A stretch of 63,894 nt of DNA, filler included, from an uncultured Methanosarcinales archaeon (GCA_964472345.1; 5 parts of 5 records of this genome joined end to end with filler, not necessarily neighbours in it), one strand, 5' to 3'. Shown: positions 36,019 through 46,287, counted from the whole stretch's first letter. Numbers and translations: made by a program. The notes: a model not told the origin generated them from the sequence alone.

Positions 36019-38094
36019 ATGGCACTTGAGGCATTCGCGTTGCCGTTCGTCTTTGTGGTCAGCATCCTCGGCCTGCTCTTCTCGTTCTGGCTCGCGCGCT
36101 GGGTGCTGAAGGAGGACGCAGGCTCTGCGCAGATGCAGTCCATCGCCGCAGCGATCAAGGAAGGGGCCGAGGCGTTCCTCAGGCGCCAGTACAAGACGAT
36201 TGCGCTGCTTGCCATCGCCGCGGCTGCGCTCATCGCAGGAGTCTATCTGCTTGCGAACAACCTTCCGCTTGCGGTCAACACGGCCATCGCATTCCTGGTC
36301 GGGGCGGTCCTCTCCGCCGTCGCCGGCGTCGTGGGGATGATCATCTCAGTCCGCGCCAACGTGCGCACGGCTGCTGCCGCAGCCTCAAGCATCGGGAAAG
36401 CGATCACGATCGCACTGCGCGGCGGCGCTGTTTCCGGCTTTCTTGTCGTGGCATTGTCGCTGCTCGGCGTCGCCGGCCTGTATTATCTCTACGGCGCCAA
36501 CCCGCAGGAGACGCCGTTCATGATCGTCGGCTTCGGTTTTGGGGCCTCGTTTGTTGCGCTGTTCGCCCAGCTCGGCGGCGGGATCTACACCAAGGCGGCG
36601 GACGTCGGCGCTGATCTGGTCGGCAAGGTTGAAGCGGGAATCCCCGAAGATGACCCGAGAAATCCGGCAGTGATCGCTGATCTCGTCGGCGATAACGTGG
36701 GCGATTGCGCCGGCAGAGGGGCAGACCTGTTCGAGTCCACCGCAGCGGAGAACATCGGCGCGATGATCCTCGGCGTTGCGCTCTTTCCTGTCTTTGGCGT
36801 CGCCGGCGTCCTGTTCCCGCTGGTCGCGCGCTCCCTGGGGATGATCGCAAGCGCTATCGGCATCTTTGCTGTCCGCCCGAAGGAAGACGAGGATCCCATG
36901 AAAGCGCTGAACCGGGGCTATCTTGTCGCCGTGATTCTTGCGACGCTCGGCTGTTTCATCGCGACAAAAGTGATGCTCAACAACCTCTGGTTCTTTGCTG
37001 CGGGGGCGGTCGGCATCATCCTCAGCATTGCATTTGTGTACATCACCCAGTATTACACTGAGCACAAGTACCGCCCGGTGAAGGAGATCGCGGAAGCGAG
37101 CAAGACGGGGCCTGCGACCAACATCATCGCGGGCCTCTCGGTCGCGTTTGAGAACACGGGCCTGGTCGCCATCGCGGTGAGCGCTGCGCTGTTCCTCTCC
37201 TATTATTTCGGCGTGCAGAGCGGCATCCCGCACGGCGGCCTGTACGGCACGGCAATCGCAACGATGGGGATGCTTGCCACTGCCGCCTATATCCTTGCCA
37301 TGGACACGTTCGGGCCCATCACGGACAATGCGGGCGGGATCGTGGAGATGTCCAAGGCGCCGGCGGACGTGCGCAAGCGCACCGACCGGCTCGATGCCGT
37401 CGGGAACACGACGAAGGCATTGACCAAGGGATATGCGATCGGATCTGCTGCGCTGGCGGCATTCCTGCTGTTCTCTGCGTACCTTGATGAGGTCGCGAAG
37501 CTGACCGGCAGGGCGTTTGACATCGTCGACATCGCGAAGGTGCCGGTGTTCATCGGCGGGCTCCTGGGAGCGATGCTGGTATTTGTCTTCAGCGCGTTTG
37601 CCATCCGCGCCGTGGGGAAGACGGCGGGCTATGTCATCACCGAGGTCCGGAGGCAGTTCAGGAACAAAGGGATCATGAAAGGCACTGTCAAGCCGGATTA
37701 TGCGCGCTGCGTTGACATCACCACGAAAGGCGCGCTGAAGAACATGGTGCTGCCCGGGGTGCTTGCCGTGGCGTTTCCCATCGCCGTCGGGTTCGTGCTG
37801 CGGGCAGAGGCGATGGCTGCGTTCCTGATGGTCGGCACGATCGCGGGCATCCTGCTTGCGACGGTGCTCAACAACGGCGGAGGCGCGTGGGACAACGCGA
37901 AGAAGTTCATCGAAGCGGGTGGCCTGAAGGATGCGAAAGGCAAGGTGCTGGGAAAAGGAAGCGAGGCGCACAAGGCTGCGGTTGTCGGGGATACGGTGGG
38001 GGATCCCTACAAAGACACTGCGGGGCCATCATTGCATGTGCTGATCAAGCTGCTCTCGACGATTACGCTGGTGCTGGCGCCGCTGTTCCTGTGA
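36019..38094 (+). CDS. hppA: membrane-bound H+-translocating pyrophosphatase, K+-independent type
   Basis: GGGIYTKAADVGADLVGKVE, DNVGD, GNTTK (Lys at the K+-dependence position), GGAWDNAKK, GDTVGDPYKD. Confidence 0.97.
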   Translation: MALEAFALPFVFVVSILGLLFSFWLARWVLKEDAGSAQMQSIAAAIKEGAEAFLRRQYKTIALLAIAAAALIAGVYLLANNLPLAVNTAIAFLVGAVLSAVAGVVGMIISVRANVRTAAAAASSIGKAITIALRGGAVSGFLVVALSLLGVAGLYYLYGANPQETPFMIVGFGFGASFVALFAQLGGGIYTKAADVGADLVGKVEAGIPEDDPRNPAVIADLVGDNVGDCAGRGADLFESTAAENIGAMILGVALFPVFGVAGVLFPLVARSLGMIASAIGIFAVRPKEDEDPMKALNRGYLVAVILATLGCFIATKVMLNNLWFFAAGAVGIILSIAFVYITQYYTEHKYRPVKEIAEASKTGPATNIIAGLSVAFENTGLVAIAVSAALFLSYYFGVQSGIPHGGLYGTAIATMGMLATAAYILAMDTFGPITDNAGGIVEMSKAPADVRKRTDRLDAVGNTTKALTKGYAIGSAALAAFLLFSAYLDEVAKLTGRAFDIVDIAKVPVFIGGLLGAMLVFVFSAFAIRAVGKTAGYVITEVRRQFRNKGIMKGTVKPDYARCVDITTKGALKNMVLPGVLAVAFPIAVGFVLRAEAMAAFLMVGTIAGILLATVLNNGGGAWDNAKKFIEAGGLKDAKGKVLGKGSEAHKAAVVGDTVGDPYKDTAGPSLHVLIKLLSTITLVLAPLFL

Positions 38095-38146
38095 AAGCGG
38101 ATCCGCTATCGCAGTTTTTGGTGTAGCGGTTTGGTTTGGTGGGGAT

Positions 38147-38620
38147 ATGGTGAAGAAAAACGAGAAGATCTTAGGAGGTAATGAAACAATCATCTTTAAT
38201 GTCTACTATTTAGGCCACTGTGGCAGTGGTTTTACAAGGAATGTTACCATAAAGATCGAAATGAAGGGAGCGCAAACATTGGACGATTTGCATGAAGCAA
38301 TAATCTATAAGGCGTTTGGATGGGATGATCCCCATATGTATTCATTCCATTTTGACAATATCCCTTATTCAAAAAATAGAGAGATGGAGTATTCGTGCGA
38401 CCCCGAGCCTGACACTTTTGACGACGCAAAGCCAAAGTCTACAAAGACAAAACTGAGTGAGTTACAGCTCAAGAAAAATCAGAAGTTCTTATTCGTCTTT
38501 GATTTTGGGGATGACCACCAATTTGGCATAAGCGTTGGAGGATTTGGAAACGTTGAGAAAAGCAAGAAATACCCTTTGATTTTAGAAGAGAAAGGAAAAC
38601 CCCCAAAGCAATATCCGTAG
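38147..38620 (+). CDS. plasmid pRiA4b ORF-3 family protein
   Basis: TLDDLHEAI..AFGWDDPHMYSF...FVFDFGDDHQF...PKQYP; low GC. Confidence 0.85.
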   Translation: MVKKNEKILGGNETIIFNVYYLGHCGSGFTRNVTIKIEMKGAQTLDDLHEAIIYKAFGWDDPHMYSFHFDNIPYSKNREMEYSCDPEPDTFDDAKPKSTKTKLSELQLKKNQKFLFVFDFGDDHQFGISVGGFGNVEKSKKYPLILEEKGKPPKQYP

Positions 38621-38679
38621 GACCATTCCATCACGGCAAGTTTCCTATGGCGCCGCTGTTCCTGTAAATGCTTCTTTTT

Positions 38680-39084
38680 TCATCTTTTAACTGCTTTGAG
38701 AAACTCCCTTGAATCGCCCCCTAACTCCTCACCGATTGCATGAAAGACGATTTCGTCATCGATAGTTCCGTATTCGTGGGCTAATATATTTCTCATGCGC
38801 TTGGCGTCTTGGAGGCGCGCAGCAAGTTTGCCCGATAGTACTTTGTTCTGCGAAAGAATGTCAAATGCCTGCAAATCTGTTTCTGGAAGCGGCAGCCCCT
38901 TGTCCTTAATGATAAGCAATGCAAGATCAATAATCGCCTCGATAATCCTTTCTGCGTAGCGTTCGCATGCAGCTTTCGCCTTAAAGTCACTCCTATACTC
39001 ACCAAGACTCTCCGGCACTATCTGGTGAAGCTCATCGAGGTACTTCTCGATCTCCCTCATTTTATCTTTTATCCGTTCGTTCAT
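38680..39084 (-). CDS. HEPN/DUF86 RNase toxin (HepT-like)
   Basis: RNILAHEY (R-x4-H-x-Y) motif; partner of the upstream MNT. Confidence 0.9.
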   Translation of the reverse strand: MNERIKDKMREIEKYLDELHQIVPESLGEYRSDFKAKAACERYAERIIEAIIDLALLIIKDKGLPLPETDLQAFDILSQNKVLSGKLAARLQDAKRMRNILAHEYGTIDDEIVFHAIGEELGGDSREFLKAVKR

Positions 39085-39565
39085 AGAGCAGCTTCCCCTG
39101 CACATCAATCTCTTTTTTAATCTTTTCGGGAAGAAGGTTATACACTTGTACATCGACTCCTTCTGTTACTCTTTTGAGCATATCAAGCCTGAACCGGAAT
39201 GCCTCTTTTTTGGTGACCGATGTGAATTCGACGGCGATGTCGATGTCGGAGCGCAGCGTCAGCTGCCGCGTCGCAGCGGAGCCGAAAAGCACGATGCGCC
39301 TGATGCGGGGCTTGTACCTGCCCGAAACGATGGCTTCCTTGGCCTCGGCAATGCGCTCTTTGACCGCAGCCCCGTGCCTGAGCCTGAACTCCTGCGCGAA
39401 CGGAGCGAGCGCTGCGACTGCTTCGAGCTTCTTGCGGATGTCACGCGAGAGCCGCGTTTTTTCCGATGGCGACAGCGTCACGCCAAGCAGCTGCTTTTCG
39501 ATGATGACCAGTTCGCGCTTCCCGAAGATCCGCCGCAGGTTCTTATCCGCCTTGAGTGCTTCAAG
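39062..39565 (-). CDS. minimal nucleotidyltransferase antitoxin (MntA-like), 5' end lost in the N gap
   Basis: LFGS-x9-SDIDIAV...VDVQ. Confidence 0.88.
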   Translation of the reverse strand, partial: LEALKADKNLRRIFGKRELVIIEKQLLGVTLSPSEKTRLSRDIRKKLEAVAALAPFAQEFRLRHGAAVKERIAEAKEAIVSGRYKPRIRRIVLFGSAATRQLTLRSDIDIAVEFTSVTKKEAFRFRLDMLKRVTEGVDVQVYNLLPEKIKKEIDVQGKLLYERTDKR

Positions 39566-39575
39566 NNNNNNNNNN

Positions 39576-39755
39576 GCCGGCGGGCTGAAGGACGCGAAAG
39601 GCAAGGTGCTCGGAAAGGGAAGCGAGGCGCATAAGGCTGCGGTTGTCGGGGATACGGTGGGGGATCCTTGCAAAGACACCGCAGGGCCCTCATTGCACGT
39701 GCTGATCAAGCTGCTCTCGACAATCACACTGGTGCTGGCGCCGCTGTTCTTGTGA
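39576..39755 (+). repeat. second, diverged copy of the hppA 3' end
   Basis: Aligns without gaps to 37915-38094 with 17 differences in 180 nt, 16 of them synonymous (counted by hand). Confidence 0.9.
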
Positions 39756-39826
39756 TGCGGTGCGTTGAGTTGAACGTCACGGCAGAAAATGCTGTTCAGG
39801 GCGAAGATGGATGGTGCGGTATGCGG

Positions 39827-39914
39827 ACTTAGAGCCTATCCCGATGGCAGACGCGCCGTTGGCGCTCCGCGTGGCCTGCGGTGCTGGAAACGCCTCGTGG
39901 GATAGGCTCTAAGT
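39827..39914. mobile_element. MITE-like element, 88 bp, IS5-like ends
   Basis: Perfect 16-bp IR ACTTAGAGCCTATCCC / GGGATAGGCTCTAAGT. Confidence 0.65.
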
Positions 39915-39952
39915 ATCTCGGTTCTGCAAATGAGGTACGTGCTCAAGGGCCG

Positions 39953-40687
39953 CTAAAAGAAACACCTGCTCCCGTTCTCCCGCAGCCACCGCTTCTTTTC
40001 TTTGTAGTCCGGCATCGCCCGCGCGACCAGCGCCCAGAATTGCCCTGAATGATTCTTCTCAAGCAGGTGCGCCAGCTCGTGGGTGCAGACATAATCGATG
40101 ACATCCTCGGGAGCGAAGAGGAGCCTTGTCGAGATGTTGATGTTCCTTCCTTTGCGCGAGCAGCTTCCCCAGTTCGAGCTGCTGTTCTTGAGGAAGACCT
40201 TGCTGAACTGCTGCCGGAAGTGCTTCTGGTTGAGCTCATGGACGCGCCGCGTGATCTCCGGCAGCCGCCGTGCGCCGATGCAGCGGCTGACCAGGGTTGC
40301 GATGTGCTTCTGCCTCTTTTCTTCCGGGAGACGTGAGGAAATCCTCAAGGAGATGGTGTTTCCGGTGATTCCGGCAGAGCTGCTTTCCTTCTCCTTGAAT
40401 GCGATGTTAAGGAGGTACGCTTCATTCCCGACCTGCAGGGTATCGCCATGCGCGTAGGCCCTCTTCGGCTGCTGAAAGGCTGCGGGATGCCGCTCGAGCT
40501 TCTGCCGCACCAGCTGCCTGAACTCCATCAGCTTGCGGAACCGCTCATCACGGTTCATCCACTGGGGAAGCCTGATGATAATCGCGTGCTTTCCGACCGA
40601 GGCCGTCGCGTCATGCCGGTGCTCAATGAAGATGTTGATGGGGTAGGTGCGACCGTTGACGTCGATGGTTTCGGTTTTCATGGTCAT
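39953..40687 (-). CDS. YgjP/DUF45 zinc metallopeptidase-like protein
   Basis: NWGSCS, IDYVCTHELAHL.EKNHS..FW. Confidence 0.9.
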   Translation of the reverse strand: MTMKTETIDVNGRTYPINIFIEHRHDATASVGKHAIIIRLPQWMNRDERFRKLMEFRQLVRQKLERHPAAFQQPKRAYAHGDTLQVGNEAYLLNIAFKEKESSSAGITGNTISLRISSRLPEEKRQKHIATLVSRCIGARRLPEITRRVHELNQKHFRQQFSKVFLKNSSSNWGSCSRKGRNINISTRLLFAPEDVIDYVCTHELAHLLEKNHSGQFWALVARAMPDYKEKKRWLRENGSRCFF

Positions 40688-40723
40688 TCTTCCTTTGCGC
40701 TGCCCAACCACCCCGATTTGCCA

Positions 40724-41314
40724 TTACAGGAGCTGGCGCACGACGAGCATCGCTGCGCCGGCCACCAGGGGTATCAGCAGGTTATCATCGATCTTCCAGC
40801 TGCCAAGCTTCAGGTCAAGCCCCTCGAGGAGCATGGCGACGGCTGCCGCTGAGAACGCCTGGACGAAAGGGACGGCAAATGAGGCTGTGAGCGTGCCGGC
40901 GGCGATTCCCGCGAGAATGCCTTCCCATGTCTTCCTGGGGTTGATGTAGGGGGTTTTTCCATAGGGGCCCACGAGACCTGAAATGCCGTCGCCCCACGCA
41001 AGGATGAGGATGGCGGCTGCTGCGATTGCGGTTGGGAAAAGCCAGGCGGCAAGCGTCATGCCCAGCACGAAGAACGAGGCACCGATGCCGGCGAATGTGC
41101 GCATGTTCTCCTCACGCTCCATCTGGACAAGCAGCTCATGGATGATGGGGAGCCTGAAGCGGGTGTAGACAAGGAATATCGTGAGAAGCGCGAAAAAGAG
41201 GAGCGTGAGATGGAATGCGGTCAGCCAGCCAGTGAGCAGGAGGACTGCGATGATCGTTCCCGCGGTGATGTGGAAGAGCTTCCGCCTGACTTCCAATCCT
41301 GTCAATCGGCCCAT
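40724..41314 (-). CDS. dolichol/phytol kinase-like CTP-dependent kinase
   Basis: RRKLFH, LAWGDG, KTWEG, IDDNLLIP. Confidence 0.88.
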   Translation of the reverse strand: MGRLTGLEVRRKLFHITAGTIIAVLLLTGWLTAFHLTLLFFALLTIFLVYTRFRLPIIHELLVQMEREENMRTFAGIGASFFVLGMTLAAWLFPTAIAAAAILILAWGDGISGLVGPYGKTPYINPRKTWEGILAGIAAGTLTASFAVPFVQAFSAAAVAMLLEGLDLKLGSWKIDDNLLIPLVAGAAMLVVRQLL

Positions 41315-41865
41315 TTTCTCCAGACAAGCCAGCTGATGGCAAGGCCAAGCGCTGCGCCTGCGACGATATCAGAAAGGTAATGCACGCTGAGGTAGACGCG
41401 GCTGAGCGCGATGAGCACCGCAAGCTCAAACCAGAGCGCGGGAAAGCGCAGCTTTGCGAGGATGAATGCGGCGGCAAAGGCAATGGCGGCGTGCAGGCTC
41501 GGGAATGCGTAGGGGATAAGGAAAGCCGCGCCTGCAGGGCGTGAGCGCTGGACGAGGAGCTTAAGGAGGAGCACGAGCAGGGTGGTGAAGATGATGCTGA
41601 CCCAGAGCAGGGCAATGTGCCTCTTGTGCTGCGCGTAGCTGAAGGCGGAGAAGAGGACGAGGAGGATGATGATCAGCGCGAGGTCGAAAACGACGAGGAG
41701 GAGCTGGGCGAGGGCGGGGCTGTAGAGCAGGGGTATCGTGTCCGCCACTGCCTGGTCGAAGAAGACGGCTGCGGCGAGGAGGACTGCGACTAACAGAGCG
41801 ATGAGTCCGGGGTTGACGCGGTTTTTTTTCTTTTTCATCTTTCTTACTGGATGAACCATACCCAC
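41302..41865 (-). CDS. PAP2-family membrane phosphatase
   Basis: K-x6-RP, FPSLHAA, SRVYLSVHYLSD. Confidence 0.9.
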   Translation of the reverse strand: MGMVHPVRKMKKKKNRVNPGLIALLVAVLLAAAVFFDQAVADTIPLLYSPALAQLLLVVFDLALIIILLVLFSAFSYAQHKRHIALLWVSIIFTTLLVLLLKLLVQRSRPAGAAFLIPYAFPSLHAAIAFAAAFILAKLRFPALWFELAVLIALSRVYLSVHYLSDIVAGAALGLAISWLVWRKWAD

Positions 41866-42317
41866 ACCCCCTTTCCGAAGAGGCTGATGAGCGTGACGGC
41901 TGCTGCCGCGATGAGGACGCCGATGATGCTGGCGATGAGGAAGTCCCGGAACTCAAAGCCGAGGACGTAGGCTGCGATGGCTGCGGTGTAGACGCCGCTT
42001 CCGGGCAGCGGGATTCCGATGAAAAACGCGAGGCCGAGGACGCCGTATTTTTCGACGTAGGGGTGGATCTTCGTTTGGGAGCGGACGACGAGGCGCTGCC
42101 AAAGGCTGCTGATGGGCCTGATGCGAAGGAAGAGATGGATGAGATGCCTGTAAAAGAGGTAGAGAATGGGTGCGAGGGCGATGTTCGCCGCGATGGCGAT
42201 GGCAAGGATGACGGGAAGGCTGAGGCTGGTCTGGAAGATGCCATAGGGGATGCTGGCGCGGAGCTCGAGGAAGGGGGCGAGCGTGAGCGCGATGAGTGTG
42301 AGGGCCTCGTTGAGCAT
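41844..42317 (-). CDS. COG2426 putative small multidrug export protein
   Basis: PFLELRASIPYG and FIGIPLPGSGVYT motifs. Confidence 0.85.
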   Translation of the reverse strand: MLNEALTLIALTLAPFLELRASIPYGIFQTSLSLPVILAIAIAANIALAPILYLFYRHLIHLFLRIRPISSLWQRLVVRSQTKIHPYVEKYGVLGLAFFIGIPLPGSGVYTAAIAAYVLGFEFRDFLIASIIGVLIAAAAVTLISLFGKGVWVWFIQ

Positions 42318-42659
42318 AAGGGCAGTTATTCTCTCTGGGTTTTTAAATGTGGGGGTGGACTGCAAGCGGATTTCGGGTTCGGGCAAGTCTCGTCTTGATC
42401 CCCCTGTGCACTTTATATAAAGTTATCGAGGCGGGCGGAGGCGGATTGTACATAAGGAATGTTAGGCTCCCCGAGCGATAGCGAAAGTGCAACGGGGTGC
42501 GAAGCAAGTTTTTTCCTCACTGGAAGTTTGGCTGGCACTGTAGTTTTTGGCAGTGAGTAAGCATAAAGTAACTTGCTAATGGCAGAGTAAAATTGCGGGG
42601 AATCTGGGAGTAATGTTTTTAAGGGAGTGGTGTGTTTGGAGGTTAAGAAGGTGTTACCT

Positions 42660-43706
42660 ATGCTTTTAGCCAAAAATAAAGAGTATCTTCAACTGTTGCA
42701 CAAAATTAAAGTGAGAGTTCGGTCTGCTCAGATAAAGGCAGCGATTTCTGTCAATAAAGAGCTTATTGGCTTGTATTGGGATGTCGGTAAAATGATTGCT
42801 GAAAGACAAGCAAAAGGGAGGTGGGGGGATTCCGTTGTAGATATGCTTGCTGGCGATTTGAGGCGAGAATTTCCAGATATGAAAGGGTTCTCCAGAGCCA
42901 ATATCTTCAATATTCGCCAATGGTATCTCTACTATTTGACTATGGATGAAAAAGTCCAACAACTTGTTAGACAATTGCCCTGGGGGCATAATATGGTCAT
43001 CGTTAACAAAATAAAAGACCCAACAGAAGCGGTTTTCTATCTTACAGAGACAGCCAGGAATAACTGGTCGAGGAATGTCTTAATTCATCAAATTGAAAGC
43101 GGGCTTTATTTGAGAAAAGGTAAGGTTCTGCATAATTTTGAGGCTACACTACCCGCACCTCAATCAGATTTAGCACGGCAGACGCTGAAAGACCCCTACA
43201 TTTTTGATTTTCTTTCCCTGAGTGAAGAGGCACAGGAACGGGAAATTGAGAAAGAACTGACAAAGCATATTACGAAATTTTTGCTGGAATTAGGAGCTGG
43301 TTTTTCATTTGTGGGAAGTCAGTATCCTCTTGAAATATCAGGAAAGGATTATTACATTGACTTACTTTTTTACCATCTCAAATTACGCTGTTTTGTGATT
43401 ATTGAACTGAAAGCCGGAGAATTCAAACCAGAATATGCTGGAAAATTGAATTTTTATCTTTCTGCCATTGATAAAACGTTGAAACGAGAGGGTGATAAGT
43501 CATCCATCGGGATTATTTTGTGTAAAAGCAAAGATAAAGTTATTGCCGAATATGCTCTTAAAGATATGAGCAAGCCAATGGGCGTTTCAGAGTACAAAAT
43601 AGTTCGTGCCATTCCAGAAAAATTAAAGACAAGCTTGCCGACGATTGATGAATTAGAGAAAGAATTGTCGGAAACTAGAAAAGATAAGAAAGGGAACATT
43701 ACATGA
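42660..43706 (+). CDS. YhcG/DUF1016 PD-(D/E)XK domain protein
   Basis: LPWGHN, LKDPYIFDFL, FLLELGAGF, IDLLFYH..LRCFVIIELK, GIILCK. Confidence 0.92.
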   Translation: MLLAKNKEYLQLLHKIKVRVRSAQIKAAISVNKELIGLYWDVGKMIAERQAKGRWGDSVVDMLAGDLRREFPDMKGFSRANIFNIRQWYLYYLTMDEKVQQLVRQLPWGHNMVIVNKIKDPTEAVFYLTETARNNWSRNVLIHQIESGLYLRKGKVLHNFEATLPAPQSDLARQTLKDPYIFDFLSLSEEAQEREIEKELTKHITKFLLELGAGFSFVGSQYPLEISGKDYYIDLLFYHLKLRCFVIIELKAGEFKPEYAGKLNFYLSAIDKTLKREGDKSSIGIILCKSKDKVIAEYALKDMSKPMGVSEYKIVRAIPEKLKTSLPTIDELEKELSETRKDKKGNIT

Positions 43707-43811
43707 AGACGAAGTACGGCGGGCAAGTCAAAATGAGTTCAAAAATAGTAAAAACTAAAATACCCTCCTCGAAAGGAAAGCTTTCGGCAGTAATCCATTA
43801 TCGTGAACTAC

Positions 43812-43841
43812 TGCGGGTTTCGCTGAGGCTCAACCCGCAGG
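43812..43841. repeat. REP-like hairpin
   Basis: CTGCGGGTT-N12-AACCCGCAG, GC-rich inside AT-rich DNA. Confidence 0.45.
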
Positions 43842-43952
43842 GTTCTTGCGCAGCCGCGCACTAAAGATATTCCTTACGGAAAGTACCTGAGAAAGCACAG
43901 TAACCGCCTGATTCGTTATAGATTCGTATAACAAGGCTGACATTAAACGAAG

Positions 43953-44270
43953 ATGGACAAAAAAGAGAAGAAGTTTCAAAAGATGGCCGCAGAAGCTACA
44001 GTAGACTGCTATAATGAGTATGAACAAAGTAGTGGCTGGGCTTGTACACTGGCGGAAGAGCTGCCGCTCCCTTTGAAGTGCTTGATTTTCGGTGAAGAAG
44101 CTATGTTAGTTGATGTCGATACTGATGAATCTGGAACATCAGTTTTGGGAGTCATAACCAAGAATAAGAAAAAGATAAGAATTCCCATGCAGGATGTCGA
44201 GGTAGTAAACAAAAAATATAAAGGCTTAGATTGGCTTGGAGCCTACTGCTACTGGATTAAGAACGGTTGA
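43953..44270 (+). CDS. CcbP-like (calcium-binding family) protein
   Basis: ATVDCYNEYEQ..GW...LPLP...AYCYW pattern. Confidence 0.7.
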   Translation: MDKKEKKFQKMAAEATVDCYNEYEQSSGWACTLAEELPLPLKCLIFGEEAMLVDVDTDESGTSVLGVITKNKKKIRIPMQDVEVVNKKYKGLDWLGAYCYWIKNG

Positions 44271-44272
44271 AA

Positions 44273-45856
44273 ATGATAAAAACCATAAAAGAGATTAGTG
44301 TAGAAGACATCCAAGATTTATTTGACAGTGTTATTTACTTACGCGGTGAAGAGTACTTTGAAGAAGGATTAGTAACTTCAATAGAACCACTGAACACCAC
44401 CACCATTACCGGTACAGTGCGTGGCAATCAAAGTTATACCGTTTCTGTTTCTATAGATGATGATGGAAGTTTGGTATGTGATTGTAGCTGTCCCTGTGAT
44501 TTTGACTGCAAGCATGCTGCCGCTTTACTTCTTAAATGGCTGTCGATAAAGAATAAGCAAAATGTCTCATTAAAAGAAGGTATTCCAAAGGCAAAAGAAT
44601 CATTACAGCAATCTTTAGCGGCAAAGAATAAAGAAGAACTTATCGATTTACTCCAAGCAGCAATAGCTAAACATCCGGAACTTAAGTCATTGGTGCAGAT
44701 TGAACGCAAAGCTATCCTCTCTCAAATAAAGAAATTATTTTCAGAATATTGGGAATGGAATGAGATCCACGATTTAATTTCACAGCTAGAAACAATTCTG
44801 GAAGGGATACGAAGGAATACAGCTTCTTGGGATAGAAACCTCTGGGAAGAAATGAAAATCTGCTCTGATATTATGGTCAAAAATATTGAAAATGTGCATG
44901 ATGAGGGCGATTTAGGAATCTTCTGGGGAGATTGGTTTGAAACATACGGAGAAGTCTTTGCCGCAACAAAACCAAACAAAAGCAAAAAAGTTGGATTCAT
45001 TCAGACTGTTCTCGATTGGATAGAAAAAGATGATTATGGCAATGAGGGAAGTTTCGAAAAGGCGCTGGTTGGTCTTTGCAGCACTCCAGAAGACGTTGAA
45101 TTAATCAAAGAAATGCTGGCTAAAGTTAAAAAGAAAGAGTATGATGATGAAACTCGTTATGAAGAATTATTCTTGAAACTATACGAAAAAGCAGGCATGG
45201 AAGAAAAATACTTGGAAGAAGCAATGCGTTCTGGCTTTACAGCTGAACTTGTGGACAAGCTTGTTTCCCTCAATAGACTTGAAGAGGCTCTCGAAGTGTG
45301 TAACAAAAATAGAACAAAAGAACTTTCTTCTGATATTGAGACAAGACGGCTTCAGCTTTTACGAAAATTAGGCCAGGTTCCTGAACTCAAGAAAAGCCTG
45401 CTTACCTTGACAAAAAAATTAGGGAATATAACCTATGCACTTCAGTTAAAACAGGAAGCTTCTGCCGAAGAATGGAGAAAGTATAGTAAGGAGATTATTA
45501 ATCATTCTAAGAATAATAACCAGCACAGTTTTCTCTCTCGTTTTTATTACGAAGAGAGGGATTTCAAGAATGCCTATGAATATTCCAAAAATCTTCGTGA
45601 TGCGGCATACTTAGAACTTCTCGCTAAAAAGCTTAGCAATGAACACTCCGAATTATCTTGTGCTATCTTCAAGAAATTATGTTTCTATTTCATAGAACAA
45701 GGATCGGGTTGGCCGTATCAAAAAGCAGGGAAGATGCTGGAAGCACTCAAGAAAATAGATGAAAGGGGCAGTATTTTCAGAAAAACAAAAAATGAAATTA
45801 TCAAGCTGCATGGGAGGAAGTATTCGTTAATGGCAATTGTGGAGAGAGTAAAATGA
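44273..45856 (+). CDS. SWIM zinc-finger protein with helical repeats
   Basis: RGEEYF...GTVRG..Y.V...CDCSCP...CKHAAALL. Confidence 0.88.
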   Translation: MIKTIKEISVEDIQDLFDSVIYLRGEEYFEEGLVTSIEPLNTTTITGTVRGNQSYTVSVSIDDDGSLVCDCSCPCDFDCKHAAALLLKWLSIKNKQNVSLKEGIPKAKESLQQSLAAKNKEELIDLLQAAIAKHPELKSLVQIERKAILSQIKKLFSEYWEWNEIHDLISQLETILEGIRRNTASWDRNLWEEMKICSDIMVKNIENVHDEGDLGIFWGDWFETYGEVFAATKPNKSKKVGFIQTVLDWIEKDDYGNEGSFEKALVGLCSTPEDVELIKEMLAKVKKKEYDDETRYEELFLKLYEKAGMEEKYLEEAMRSGFTAELVDKLVSLNRLEEALEVCNKNRTKELSSDIETRRLQLLRKLGQVPELKKSLLTLTKKLGNITYALQLKQEASAEEWRKYSKEIINHSKNNNQHSFLSRFYYEERDFKNAYEYSKNLRDAAYLELLAKKLSNEHSELSCAIFKKLCFYFIEQGSGWPYQKAGKMLEALKKIDERGSIFRKTKNEIIKLHGRKYSLMAIVERVK

Positions 45857-46287
45857 CACTAAAAGAGGAAAAATTTCCGTGTAGAAAGTGTAACATCTCT
45901 ATTGGAGGACATAACCAGTACCTCCATGATGGGATGTGCGATGATTGCTTTTTTGAGGTGTATTTTCCGGAGGAAGCACAGATTGTTGAGACTGACTTAG
46001 AACAAATAGGACGACATTGTAGAAGTAAGCCTGTTCAAAGAGAGAATAGCAATTTCAAGAAGTTTGTTCTGGAAAGTGAATTTGATCAAGAACGATTTGC
46101 AAAGATTACAAAAGAGATAAGGAATAAATTGTCTTGCCCAAATGGTGGAGCTTGTTGTAACCGGTTAAATGACAAATTAACCAGAGATAATATTGATACT
46201 TTTCTAGAGAATGCAGTGAAGTGTGCGATAGTATTCAATGTATTAGAAAATGCAAAAGAAGATTTCTTGGAAGAGATTTTTGCTTAA
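45853..46287 (+). CDS. Cys/His-rich hypothetical protein
   Basis: CRKC..HNQYLHDGMCDDC; ATGA overlap with the SWIM gene. Confidence 0.7.
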   Translation: MTLKEEKFPCRKCNISIGGHNQYLHDGMCDDCFFEVYFPEEAQIVETDLEQIGRHCRSKPVQRENSNFKKFVLESEFDQERFAKITKEIRNKLSCPNGGACCNRLNDKLTRDNIDTFLENAVKCAIVFNVLENAKEDFLEEIFA

